Shown: positions 1 to 49,500 of the stretch, in pieces
How the letters are laid out: every line of letters starts with the position of its first letter
Position numbering within the stretch: position 1 is the stretch's first letter
Assembly (NCBI RefSeq): GCF_964204645.1
Contig: NC_134029.1
Span: forward strand, 7,900,850-7,964,849
DNA length: 64,000 bases
Source of the DNA: Tubulanus polymorphus
Taxonomy: Eukaryota; Animalia; Nemertea
Direction of reading: 5' to 3'
Notes under the pieces: model-generated
Seen by the model: the letters and a program-made list of their open reading frames with translations, nothing else
Databases searched by the model: none
What the model was told of the DNA's origin: nothing
Made by a program: the position numbers and the translations under genes

Positions 1-491
1 TGTTTTATATTGACAAAATCAAAATGAAACCCAATGACAGCGCATTATGAAAGTATGGCAAAACATAGAAGTACATGTATAAACGACTGACTACCGAGTT
101 GGTAGGATGAAGCGAGATCAATGAATCTTTTCATTAGAAGGGGCGTGGAGAGAGAAAGAGAGAGGAATGTGAAAAGAATCTCTTGTAAGTATATTCGAAA
201 AGATCATAGCACCATACACAGCATATCCAGCCTGTTCGAGAAGTAATTAACATCGTAATACAGTATTGTACAAGCGGGGTTTCCACTTGAGGAATCAAAA
301 ATCACTGAAAGTTTGTTTGACTGCATCAGTTTTTTGAAAAGCCTCACTCATAAATGTTTTTGAGAAGAATACTGTCGAGTCTCAGACCGGATCGCGGTAC
401 CGATTCCGAATGATTTCTACAGAAACGCATGGTTGAGCAAAGTACAACAACGAATACTGTTGCAACATCGTAAATCAAATTGAGACGATCG

Positions 492-27738
<27,247 letters not shown>

Positions 27739-28532
27739 ATTTTACGTTTACATGCTCATCAGGTTATCCGGGGCGTGAATAATGCCAGCTTTAGTAGATG
27801 TCATCCGAAATGAAAATCTATCTTTTCACTTCCTGACTTTTGTAAACATGGCGTCGTCTCGGATAAGATGAGGATTTCTATGAAGACGAAACCGTACTGT
27901 CTCTAAAAGGCTATTTAGCCATTTACAATCCCTTTAATCAGTATATACATGCACAAGATTTTTTTTTCTAATGAAAGAGTCATATTTGGTCCATTGAATT
28001 GAAATCTTTGACTAAGTTACTGCATAAAATATTTGTTGTTTCGGGCTTTAAGCTTTTTAATTTCTATCTTTCAGCCGCATAGCCTCGGTAAGTGAGGGTG
28101 GCAGCACTTGCTGGTATATCGACCAATTATTCGGAGTGTGCGGGCCAACGCCGGACTATTCATCATTTTCCATACCATTTGGGTACGATATGATGGTTCC
28201 AAGGAAAACAAAAAAAAAACCCAAAGAAATCACATAAAAAAGAAGTCATTCAAAATAAACAAATTGTTTGATATAAGAATTATATTGGTCCTTTGGTTAG
28301 ATACAAAGATAAGTGACTTAGATTAGACTGCAATCTGCACTGCAGCCGTTTAGAAAAATAAGATATCATAGATTGTTATACATTATCTTTACATTGTTTG
28401 GAATCAACTGTTAACAGAGGTGACATCTTCAAAATACATGAATCATAAATGAATTACAAAATAAAATAAGTTGACATTCAGAATTCAAAACTAAAGAAAT
28501 CATTAGCAAAGGTGAAACTGTCTTTCATTTTG

Positions 28533-39076
<10,544 letters not shown>

Positions 39077-39270
39077 TTTTTAACTCGTGACAATAAACAG
39101 TTAAGTAATTAGGGTAAAAGCTCCGATTTGACAGCTAGGGTTTCCCGAAGTCGGTGACTCAAGGATTCCATCGAATGACGTCATTCAGTGCGGAATCTCC
39201 CTCTCCCATGACGTCATATCCGCTTTTCAATTCAATCAAGTGGCTGTAATAAAAATCTAGATTTTACAAG
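39077..39270. promoter_or_regulatory. Bidirectional promoter region between GALT and the plus-strand gene, with two CRE palindromes and an AP-1 site
   Basis: TGACTCA 39155-39161, TGACGTCA 39176-39183 and 39209-39216; GALT ATG at 39076; plus-strand non-coding first exon ends at donor AAG/GTAAAT 39270. Confidence 0.7.
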
Positions 39271-39508
39271 GTAAATAGAACGACTTCATATGTTTTATCG
39301 TACCTCGTATTTCATTTTCATCAGTCGAAAAAAATCAGAATGATTTCAATATTTCAAGCTTCAGGCTAACCATGGCCATAATACCAATGGGGCAATAATA
39401 ATCCAGTTTGACTAATAAAATTGATGCATTGTGCCACTGCACTGACTTTTCATATTGGCATAGCTTACTTAAAGTTTTGTAATGCAGAATCATGTTTTTT
39501 CAGATGTC

Positions 39509-42500
39509 ATGAAGCCAGCAGAGTCGGCAAAAATGAGGAGAGGACAAAATGGAAAACCTCCCGATAACAATTCAAATCAGCCACCACGGCGTCGACGTCC
39601 TGGTCACAAAAGAGTTGGTCGTAAGAAATCTAAAAACCTCGGAAACAACAATGCCAACGATGATCAGAAAGGCCCAAGTACCTCAATGGAAACAGCGACG
39701 ATGCCAGCAGCAGATGAGAGCATCGCGAAAACTATGCCTACCACTAATCAAATCTTTACTGATCCCGATACTGGAGTACATATGTATAAGGATATGTCCG
39801 GCACAATTTTTGAATGGGACGAAACAAAACGTGCCTGGTTTCCGAAGGTATGTTTTGTCAAATATCTACCTGCGAGCTCGCACACCCCGTCAGAATTCTT
39901 CATTAGCCTTAGTTACCTAATTGTTGGTGGTAAGCTTTTTATAATCGGATGGGCTTATACCAAACTTGTGGTTTGTGAAAATATCCGATCGTGAAACTAA
40001 ACCACAGTCAGGTTACTGACTACATTAGCCTATACAAAGATCTTAATCAGCTAGAGGTTTTAGTTAAATTAAAAAAATTCATTATCAGACTACTACTCAC
40101 TTTGACCAACAATGGCTCTTGGTCTCCAAATACTAAACCAGGCCTAGGCCAGGATTTGTACTTGCTCAGGTTTTGGTGGGGGGCAATAAAACGTGGTAAC
40201 CAAGTATGATTTATGATTATACACTAATACACTACAGTGAACTCCACCTTAATATCGCACTGAATTGACTAGATTTCAACGAGTTGAAAATTTGGGATAT
40301 AGAAATTTTTTCGAAACAATTTTAGTAAAATTCACCAACTTGAGTGGAAGCAGGTTAGACACTATATTCTTCAGTGATTAAACAAACTTTATGATGATTT
40401 GACGCTGTCTCTTCAGATCGACGAAGAATTTTTAGCCGATTATTACGACAAAAATTACGAATATGTGCCGAAGCCTGCGTCGAACCCGCAGCCCGAGCCA
40501 CCCGGTGTTACGCCCGATAGCGAAGAAGAAAAAGAAGATGAGCAAAAAGATGATGCCGAAACTAAAGATGAAGAAGGAGAGGAGAAATTGGTGACTGAGG
40601 AAGAGTTGGAAGAAGGTGAAATTCCATTGCTAGAGAAACTCGACGAAAATTCCAAATTATATCAATGGTATCCGGAGAGAAAGCCGTTTCAGCTCGCTCC
40701 GTGGTTACACGACGACGAAGTCACGAACAAACCGTCGAAACCGACGAGGAAGCTAGTGCAGCAGTCGTCGTATCAATTCTACAGTCTGTTCCATCGTTTA
40801 TACTTCAAAAAACAATCGAAACTGACTACGATCGAAGGCACGAATCCGGAAGGCTTGCCACCGGAGCTGTTGAAATCGCTGGAAGATAAACTGAAGAACG
40901 TCACCGAGGAAGATGCGGCGATCGAAATTAAAGAAGTGCAGCCGCTAGTTGTTCCTCCGCTGCCCGGTCTCGCCTCGGCGACGCCTACGGCTCATCCCGC
41001 GAAACCAATCGCGAATCCGAACCCGAGTCTATCGTCGGAGGACGTCGGCATTATCTGTAAGAATTTCGTCCCGAACGTGTTGGACGAATCGATGCTGGCT
41101 CCGGTGCGACACAAATCGAGCCTGCTGCCGGCGACGTCGGGGTCGTCGGGCGATCAAACGATTAGTCGCGACGAACAACTCGATCCGTACAGTTTATTTT
41201 ACAAAGCGTTCATCGAAGACGCCGAGGAGATCGCTTTGGATTCGGTGTCGACGAAAGCTCTTCCGAACGGACAAACGATCGAACAGTATACGTGGGACGA
41301 TTACTGTAAATTCTTTCAGTTCTATTATAATCAGCTTCCGTCTGATTCCGAACAGGAGTATTTCTTCGCGAACGGACATTTGTCATTGGAGAGCGAGTAC
41401 GTGCGCTTTTTCTACAGTCACTACTACGAGGAAGACGACATTCTCGAAGCGCATTCTCAATTCAGCGAGACGGCCGCCGAAAAATGGAAGAAGCGAAAGC
41501 GAGAAATTGACGTCGCCAACGCGAAAAAGGAATTCTTGAAAAATGAAGCAAAGAAAAGCGAATCGCGGATAACGGCAAAAACGTCGGTTCTAGCGGAAGA
41601 AGCGATCAAGACGAAGCTTCTGGATACGCTTAAATCGAAACCCGAATCCGACAAACATTTAGGAGAAAATCATGAAGATCTGAATTGTATAAATAAAGAT
41701 AAAGTTCTAAGTGGCAATAATGTTGATTCCAAAAATGGAAGCATCAATTCAATTGGTGTTGGTGTAAACTTGAAGGACACAAAAAGTACGTGCAAAGAAA
41801 AAGATGTGGAAAAATGTAACGATAGTACTATTGTATGTGTTAATAATTCACAGGGGGAAACTGTGAATGACGCGATAAGTAAAAAACGTGAAAAAGACGC
41901 TGAAAACTCTAATACATGTAGTAGTATCGTGACAGTATTAAAAACCACATCAGAGACAGTGTCCCATCAAAGTTTTAAATCGGTAGGATCTTCCCCACCT
42001 GCCGTTTCAGTTCAAAAAGACGAAAATGATATGGAAATTAGAATGGATCTATTACCAAGCTGTAATGATGTCAGTGATGAAAATGAAAAGTCTGTAATAA
42101 GTTGTGATAAAGAAGTGATAGAAATTCTGCCTAAATCTGATAATAGAATTGACACTGAAAAAGGTTTGAACCGGGGAAGTGTAGAGAAAGTGATAGGAAA
42201 CGTGGATGGAAATTCAGATGGCATTGTACCTGACATTGTGACTTCAGAACTAGCAGAAGAGATACATGAAACTGCAACATCAGATGATGTTCTGAATAAA
42301 ACCAAAAGCGTTCTAATAGAAATAGATAATAAAGATGAAACGAGTGATGTTAATGAATCAGCTCGAAATGAAGAGGTGAAGATGGGGGAAAAAGATGAAA
42401 GCGCTGCAGATTCAGTGCCTGCACCAGTTGATGGGGCTGGAACAGAAGATGCAATTGATTGTATTCGAACCGATGAGATCGGCTCGTCAGACCCTTTTAA

Positions 42501-44702
42501 ACTTCCCGATTGGTTCGTGATGGATTCGCTTCCCGACGGTAAGGATCCAGATACAATGATTCGAGAATCGGTTGAAGCCATTGCCGAGAAACGTGTCAAA
42601 GACCAGTTATCCTGGTTGTTCGAACAGGGCATGTCATCAACCAGTGGTGGAGCTAACCTGGCTGCATTGTGTGAAAATGATATTGAGCAGTAAGTTCATT
42701 CTTTCGAGTGTTCTTTGCATTTCTAATTTTGGGACGTTTCACCGTTTACACTGAAAAAAATTCTCTTCAGATTGGCAGTGAGAGAATTGAAGAAAGAAGC
42801 AAAACGCCGACAAAAGAATTCCATCGCTCTAGGAGTGGCGGCGTGGTAAGTTTATTTTACCCTATCACTTGTCGTTAAAGCTGCACTTGGACTAGGTATT
42901 TCACCCCGACACAACTGTCTTGATGAGTTGGGATTGAATTTTGACCAGAGTTCATCAATTCTTTGGTGCAATGAAAGGATCAACTAATTATAAACACAAA
43001 CATTTTACTAACAACAGTAAAACCTCTTGATGGTGAACGCCTGTGTGACTAAGCAAAAAGTGTGGTCGAGGGTGTTCCGAGAGCTGTTCACTAAGGGAGG
43101 TTTAACTACATGTAATTTGTAGTCAAATTCAACCAAGAACTGTTCAATCAGACCGCATTATGGGAACAAGAAAATCTTTTCTTTTGCGTTGATCTCTTTG
43201 CATTATTTTCATTCAAGAATTGGGTGGTATTTAACTGAATATTGGATTTTATGTCCGTCCTTTCTGTAAACTGGGATTTGATGTCCCTTCTGTACACTGG
43301 GGCGTGGCCTTACCTGCCAAAAATTGCATTCCATACGGCAGACTCTCGACGTATAAAGCTAATACATCGTTTTTACAGGTCAAGACCAGCTATTCATCCG
43401 AATAAACGATTTCTCAACAACCTCTTAGTCAGCACTCTACGCGATCCAATCAGACGTCGGCGAGGACGCTCAGATTATCGAAATTTTGGCGATCGTAACG
43501 CGCGACGGCAAAATGACGGAGATTCAGGTGTCGGAAAAGTATTCGGAATGGAACCGAAAGAATGTAGTTCGAGTTCGAAACCGAAAAATCCGGATAAATT
43601 CACATGGTCGAGCACCGATTCTGATGAAGGCGGTGATAGAAACGATGTAAAAACGTGCTCGAAAAATCAACACGACAGATTGAAATACGATAAACGAAGA
43701 GAAGGGAATTCTCGATACAGTCCCGATAGACATTGCTCTCATAGTCGTACGTATAATTCAGCCGATAGGTCTCCGCGACGTTGGGAACGAGGCCGGTTCG
43801 ACCGACCTGTTCGTTTTCACAGGGCGAGATACACCGAGCAGAAATTTTGGGCCGATGCCCGCGATTACTCGAATAAAGACTGGGAGGGGAATACCGTGAA
43901 AAAAGCGAGCAAACGTCGTCGACGTTCGAAGAGCGATCATCACCGCGAGAAAAAGAGAAAGAAGAAGCACCGTAAGAAAAAGAGTAAGAAAAAAAGTAGT
44001 AAAAAGGATGATATTGTGTTGATCAGTTCATCGGATGAGGACGGGGGGAAAAAACGCCGAAAACGCGTATCATCCAAAGATAGACGAAAAGAGAAATTGA
44101 AGAAACGAAAACATTCGCACGATGAAACAGAAGAGACTGAGGACTCATCAGAAGATTCTGAAACCGATGAAGAGGTTGATGATAGTGATGAAGAGGTTGA
44201 TGATAGCGATGATGAATCGGTTGATGATAGCGAGGATGATGAAGAGGTTGATGACGATGATGATGTTGCCGAAACAGATAAAGATGACAAATCCGTCTGT
44301 GATGATGATGGCGACGATGATGATGATAGCGATGAAGAAGGTGAGTTAGTGGATGATTCTGATGATGAGAATGAAGAAAGTGATGATGATAGCAATAATG
44401 ACGACGAAACTGAGGAAGGTGAAAATGATGATAGTGAAAATGAAAGTAAAGGCGATAGTGATATTTCGAGTGATAATTCCGATAGCGACAGTGACGAAAG
44501 TTCACGGAGTTCAGTTCATAATAAACGAAAACATAAACATAAACACTCATCCAGTAGCGAGAATAAAAGACATATAAAGGACAAAAAGCGCAAGCGTGAA
44601 CGCAGTGAATCGCGTCATCGTAATCATAAACACAAACGAAAAAAGTCATCCGTAAGCCGAGATCATAGAAAATCGAAAAGACATAAATCGCATCATAAAT
44701 AA
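39509..44702 (+). CDS. Large acidic and Arg/Lys/Ser-rich putative nuclear protein (about 1336 aa): HTATSF1-like N-terminal motif plus POLR1D-isoform-2-like domain
   Basis: Exons 39509-39847, 40417-42689, 42771-42845, 43379-44702 (4011 nt, in phase). Motifs DMSGTIFEWDETKRAWFPK|IDEEFLADY and ENDIEQ|LAVRELKKEAKRRQKNSIALGVAAW|SRPAIHPNKRFLNNLLVSTL, then K/R/H-rich and D/E-rich tracts. Confidence 0.8.
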
Positions 44703-46576
44703 TTCAACTATATATTGAATTCATCCGTCAAAGAAACAATTGAATTGATATGCATTGTATGTAATGTTTCAATATCTTTTGTAGAGGCTAAAAAGATTGA
44801 TACCTTGTTTCTTATCATTTCTGATGAACTTTAAAGATTCGAAGTCTACACTGCAATTGGGATACCGGTATGCAAGTGATATTGTCACTTACTCGAAATT
44901 TTCTCCTGTAAAACTCCTTATATTCAGGAATGACTGATCTGCATGGACCCTTATCATGATCGAGCTAAAAATAACAGACCTGGCAGTTATAGAAATGAAC
45001 TAATTACATATTTTAGCCGACCGGTCGATTATGAGAAGCAAGGTATCAATTCTTTAGCCTGGAATTGGATGAAATTTGGTGCTGTAGTAGAAGTCTTTGT
45101 TGCTACATACTGTAAAATCTTCATTCCACTTCATATGACTGCAATGTCTTCTGATGATTGGAAATAAATTGCTTGTGCTATTTACCATCGAATTTTTTCC
45201 TGGTTTCCAAACTGCAACTTAGATCCAGGTCGGGGCAATTCTTTTTGAAAGTGTGCCATGTAATGTCTGGCATTTGCTATTTCTTTTTTCAATTACAAAT
45301 GTATCAGTTGAAGTCCTGAACACAGGCAATGCCTGGCTAACAAAACTGGAAGAATGTTGAGGTACATAATATCAAATGTTTGAGGATGCTACTCTTCTTG
45401 TTGATTTGTTGATTGTATATTATTTGGTTTACTTATTGATCAAAAACTAAGGAAAGCATATTTTTGGTCGGAGAATTGAAGCCCTGTTAATGATAGTAAT
45501 TTAACTTGTTACCCAGTCCCACCTATGAATGGTTTTAAATACCGAAGTCAAGTCTTGAGGACCCTCAACTGAGTTAAAAATAAGCTGACGGCAAGATAAG
45601 TTTTGTGATAACAGAGTATAGTAAACCTCGTCTAACTCGTCGATGGCCAGCTTGGACTTTTTGGTTACCCTAACCTACATTACTAAATTTCCTGAGTTCT
45701 TATCTCTTTTGCCGCTTGCAGTTTGACAGAGTTAGACAAGGGTTTACTGTACCAGCATTTGTGTGTATATTCCCCCTAGGAAATGTTTACAGACATCTAA
45801 AGAATATTTGTTTTCTAATTGGGATTAGACACATTTCTATATTTGTTTCTACTACTTAAGTGCATTTTGATTTTAACATTGTTCAAAAAATAAAATGTAT
45901 AAATTTGTAGATCCGTGGATTCTTTTTTTCTAAAACAGAGGAACTTAAATTCAATTTCCAATTATGTTTTTTGATTTAGAAAAAAAGTATGAACGTAAAT
46001 TCAACCGATCATGTGACAATGCATCTGTACTTCGATTCCCGATTTCAGGTGTGGTGGGTTTGTCACGGACTTGACCACTTACGATCTGACCGGATCTTAG
46101 ACAACCTGAGTTTGGCTTAAAGGATTCAAGATTCAAATCAAAATTAATCATGAATACAAGGGACGAGATCAAAACTTCACGGTGGATGCACAATGCAGAA
46201 GTGGTTCGAATGAGAGATTCAGATTCTTTTTGAACTCAGATTCCGTGATACACGTGTCATATCAGGCTCCACCGCTAGACATAATTTTACCGATTCAAAA
46301 CCAGTTTTATGATTGCTGAAACGAATTTTATTACTTAACTCTTGCATATACATGCATTCAAATTCAACATTCCATCACTAACGTCTTGACAAACTCAAAC
46401 GGATTCTATTTGGAACAGCAAATTGTAATGTGGGCCCAGTTGCAATTGGATTGAACTGGCGATATTCAAACTATCTTAAAATGAGCAACCCCGGTATTTC
46501 TGACTGGTTAAAAACAAACTTCTCATTCAAAATTCTCATTTATAGGGCAACCAAATACATTTTACATAGGCAAACT

Positions 46577-49500
46577 TCACGATTTTTTCTTTACTTTTCG
46601 CTTATCAGTTTTTTCGGTTAAATTCTTTTCAAGTTTCCGCAATAAATGAGCCCTCGTGGTCGGATCGGGTTTTTTGCTCGGCACGCCGCTACCGCGATAA
46701 AGAACGCCCTCGCGAACGATCGTTTTTCGCGCTTGCTCTTTCGCCGTGGCACCGCAGCCGTGAACTTCGGGTATATGATGCGTCAAACAAAATGTGCGAT
46801 TACAAAAACTACAATGTTGACCTAAGCACGTAACGTATTCTTTACATTTCGGAAAGTTACAAATCGTGTCCATTTTCGTAGCTGCCGCGATCAACGCGTC
46901 GAAATCATCTTTATCAACGTCTTCAATTGAACTTTTCGGTTTAATTTTCGCAGTATTTGAGTTTTTATTAGCTACTGTAGCCGATTCCGATGAGGACTTC
47001 TTTTTGTTGTTTTTCTTATCACGCTTGTTCGCTTTCTTGGAAGCCGATGATTTCGATTGAGAGTCTGATGCGACGTTATCAGCTGTGTTCAGTGTGACTA
47101 ATCTACAGCGTAATGTATGCAAACTAAAATTCGCCATTGGTACGTCCTTGTTACAAAACGGGCAGATTTGCATCTTTATTCCATTTTCGACAGTTTTATC
47201 CGACGACTTTACCTTATCCAACAATTCGGAAACACCGCTTATCACGTTTTGCGATGCTTTCGTTAGTTTTTGTTTGTTAACTGAATTGTCTTCGATCGCA
47301 GATGCTTTGAAGTCGATATGAAGTTCACCATCATCGCTTTCAGCTGATGGTCTGTCAGACTTTTCAGCTGATGGTAGTTCAGACTTTTTGGCAGACGCTT
47401 GCTCAGAAGATTCAGCAGATGGTTGTTGGGACTTCAGTTTTTGTTTGTTAACTGAATCGTCTTCGATCGCAGATGCTTTGAAGTCGATATGAAGTTCACC
47501 ATCATCGCTTTCAGCTGATGGTCTGTCAGACTTTTCAGCTGATGGTAGTTCACACTTTTTGGCAGACGCTTGCTCAGAAGATTCAGCAGATGGTTGTTGG
47601 GACTTCAGTTTTTCAGACTTAGAAACAAGTTCTGTTGGGGGGACTGGCACGCTATTTACATCTGAATCAACTTTATCACTTAATTCACCAATCGATATAA
47701 TGGAAGATTCCGAATCTGACATGTCGACTCCATCCTCCAGTTTGTGGTCATTTTGTTCGTCGATGGTGACCTTTTTCACCGAGATGAATCGAGATTCGTT
47801 TTCACCGTGACTAACATGTAGCAAACCAAGGTCTTCACATAGCTGAAAAAATAAACAAGAAAGCCTTACTTAAAAATAATCTAGACCCAAAATCATACAG
47901 ATCGTTTTTGATATTGTTAAGTTTGAGATTATCAAAGGGTTTCACTTATATTTTTATTTTCAAAAGTTTTAGACAAATTTCTTTTTTTCTAAAATAAATC
48001 ATGCTTTCTTCAGCCTCACATCTGGCTTAATAAATGGTGACAAATTTACCAGACGGTTCAGGTGTTTTTGATTATTTTTACTCATATTTGTTTTATGATT
48101 CTAACGAATGTGGTATTGAGTTAGATGGCAAATTGTAATAAGAATGTTGGTCACCATCCTGTGAATAGCAGGTGAAATATTCTCACTCAACTCAATACAA
48201 TAATAATAAATAATAATAAAGGATCTTATTTAGCGCTAAATCCAGCTAAGCTGCTCAAAGCGCTTTACAAATTATAAAATGCCTCCTTAAAAAGGAAGCA
48301 TTTTAGCTGCTTCCTGAATTGATCTAATGAAGTGATAGCACGAAGGCTATAAGAGGAAGCTGGTTCCACAATTTTGGGGCGCTGTTGGAAAATGCCCGAC
48401 TACCTGTAGATTGACTATGAAACAAAGGGACAACTAGCAGAAACTGAATGGCTGATCGAAGTGCACGAGGTGGTGAGTAAAGTGTAACAAGTTCAGATAA
48501 GTATGGAGGAGCTAAATTATGTATAGCCTGGAAAGTTAGCATAATAACTTTAAAACGAATGCGGTATGCAACTGGTAACCAGTGTAGGTGATACAGAAGA
48601 GATGAAATGGATGAAAACTTGCTAGACGTGCTGCATTGTTGTGCACTCTCTGAAGTGGTTTGAGGGACTTTGCAGGGAGCCCGTTAAGCAAGGAGTTGCA
48701 GAAATCAAGACGTGAAGTAACCAAGGCATGGACATAAATGCGAGCAGCGTCATCAGATAAAAAGCCCCTTATTTTTTATTATACAACTCAATTTTCTCAC
48801 TGAAGTTATTTTGCGCTGCTAGCTTTGCTTGGATTGAAACTTTTACCTCGTGGACAATTCTACGTTCATTAGCTGTCAGCGAAGGTGGGAAACTATACTC
48901 TATCTGTTGATTATTCGTTAGAAATTCCTGAAGTTTCTTCTGTATTTCTTGCCTTTCTCTCCTTCAAAGACAAAAGTGTGTACGGTAATCAATAAGCAAA
49001 CTGATAAAGGGTCATGTACTACTCAGCCTTACGTTAATGTCATTGAATTTACCTGTACACCAAACTATATATTACATAATAACTATAATAATTTCGACCT
49101 TACTCATGTCAGTGATCCAGATTATGGTACCAGGCAGCAAGTTTTTACTCTAGACACTATTCGACTTACTTCTCAGTTGATTTTTGTTGGTTCTGTCCCT
49201 TCGAACTTTTCTTTGTTTGATTCAAAGGAGATTTCTTCATTTTGCTGGACAAATTAGCCGGCCGCTGACAACCATAGCCAACCTCATGCTCTAAAATAAG
49301 CAAAAAACACCTCATCAGTAGTCAGGATTCAGAGGCCAGTTATTTAGACATGTACATCACATGTACCAGGTACTTCAGAGACTAATTTCATAAACCATTG
49401 GTTACTTTAACCCTTCCTACGACATGTAGTCTAAGCAGTGATTTATCCCCAGATTTAAAGTCTACAAAACCAATCCCTCAGTTGAGTTTAACATAGCCAA

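Noticed and set aside
39482-39508. ORF-track start MQNHVFSDV
   Set aside because: That ATG lies upstream of the acceptor at 39503 and is therefore intronic.
40455-44649. Overlapping and antisense ORFs (40949+, 42012-, 43940-, 44023-, 44122+)
   Set aside because: Shadows of low-complexity acidic coding sequence with no independent motifs.
42690-45200. True RNA polymerase subunit RPAC2 exon or HTATSF1 RRM exons
   Set aside because: No EDHTLGN-type or RNP1/RNP2-type coding segment found, so neither gene symbol was assigned.
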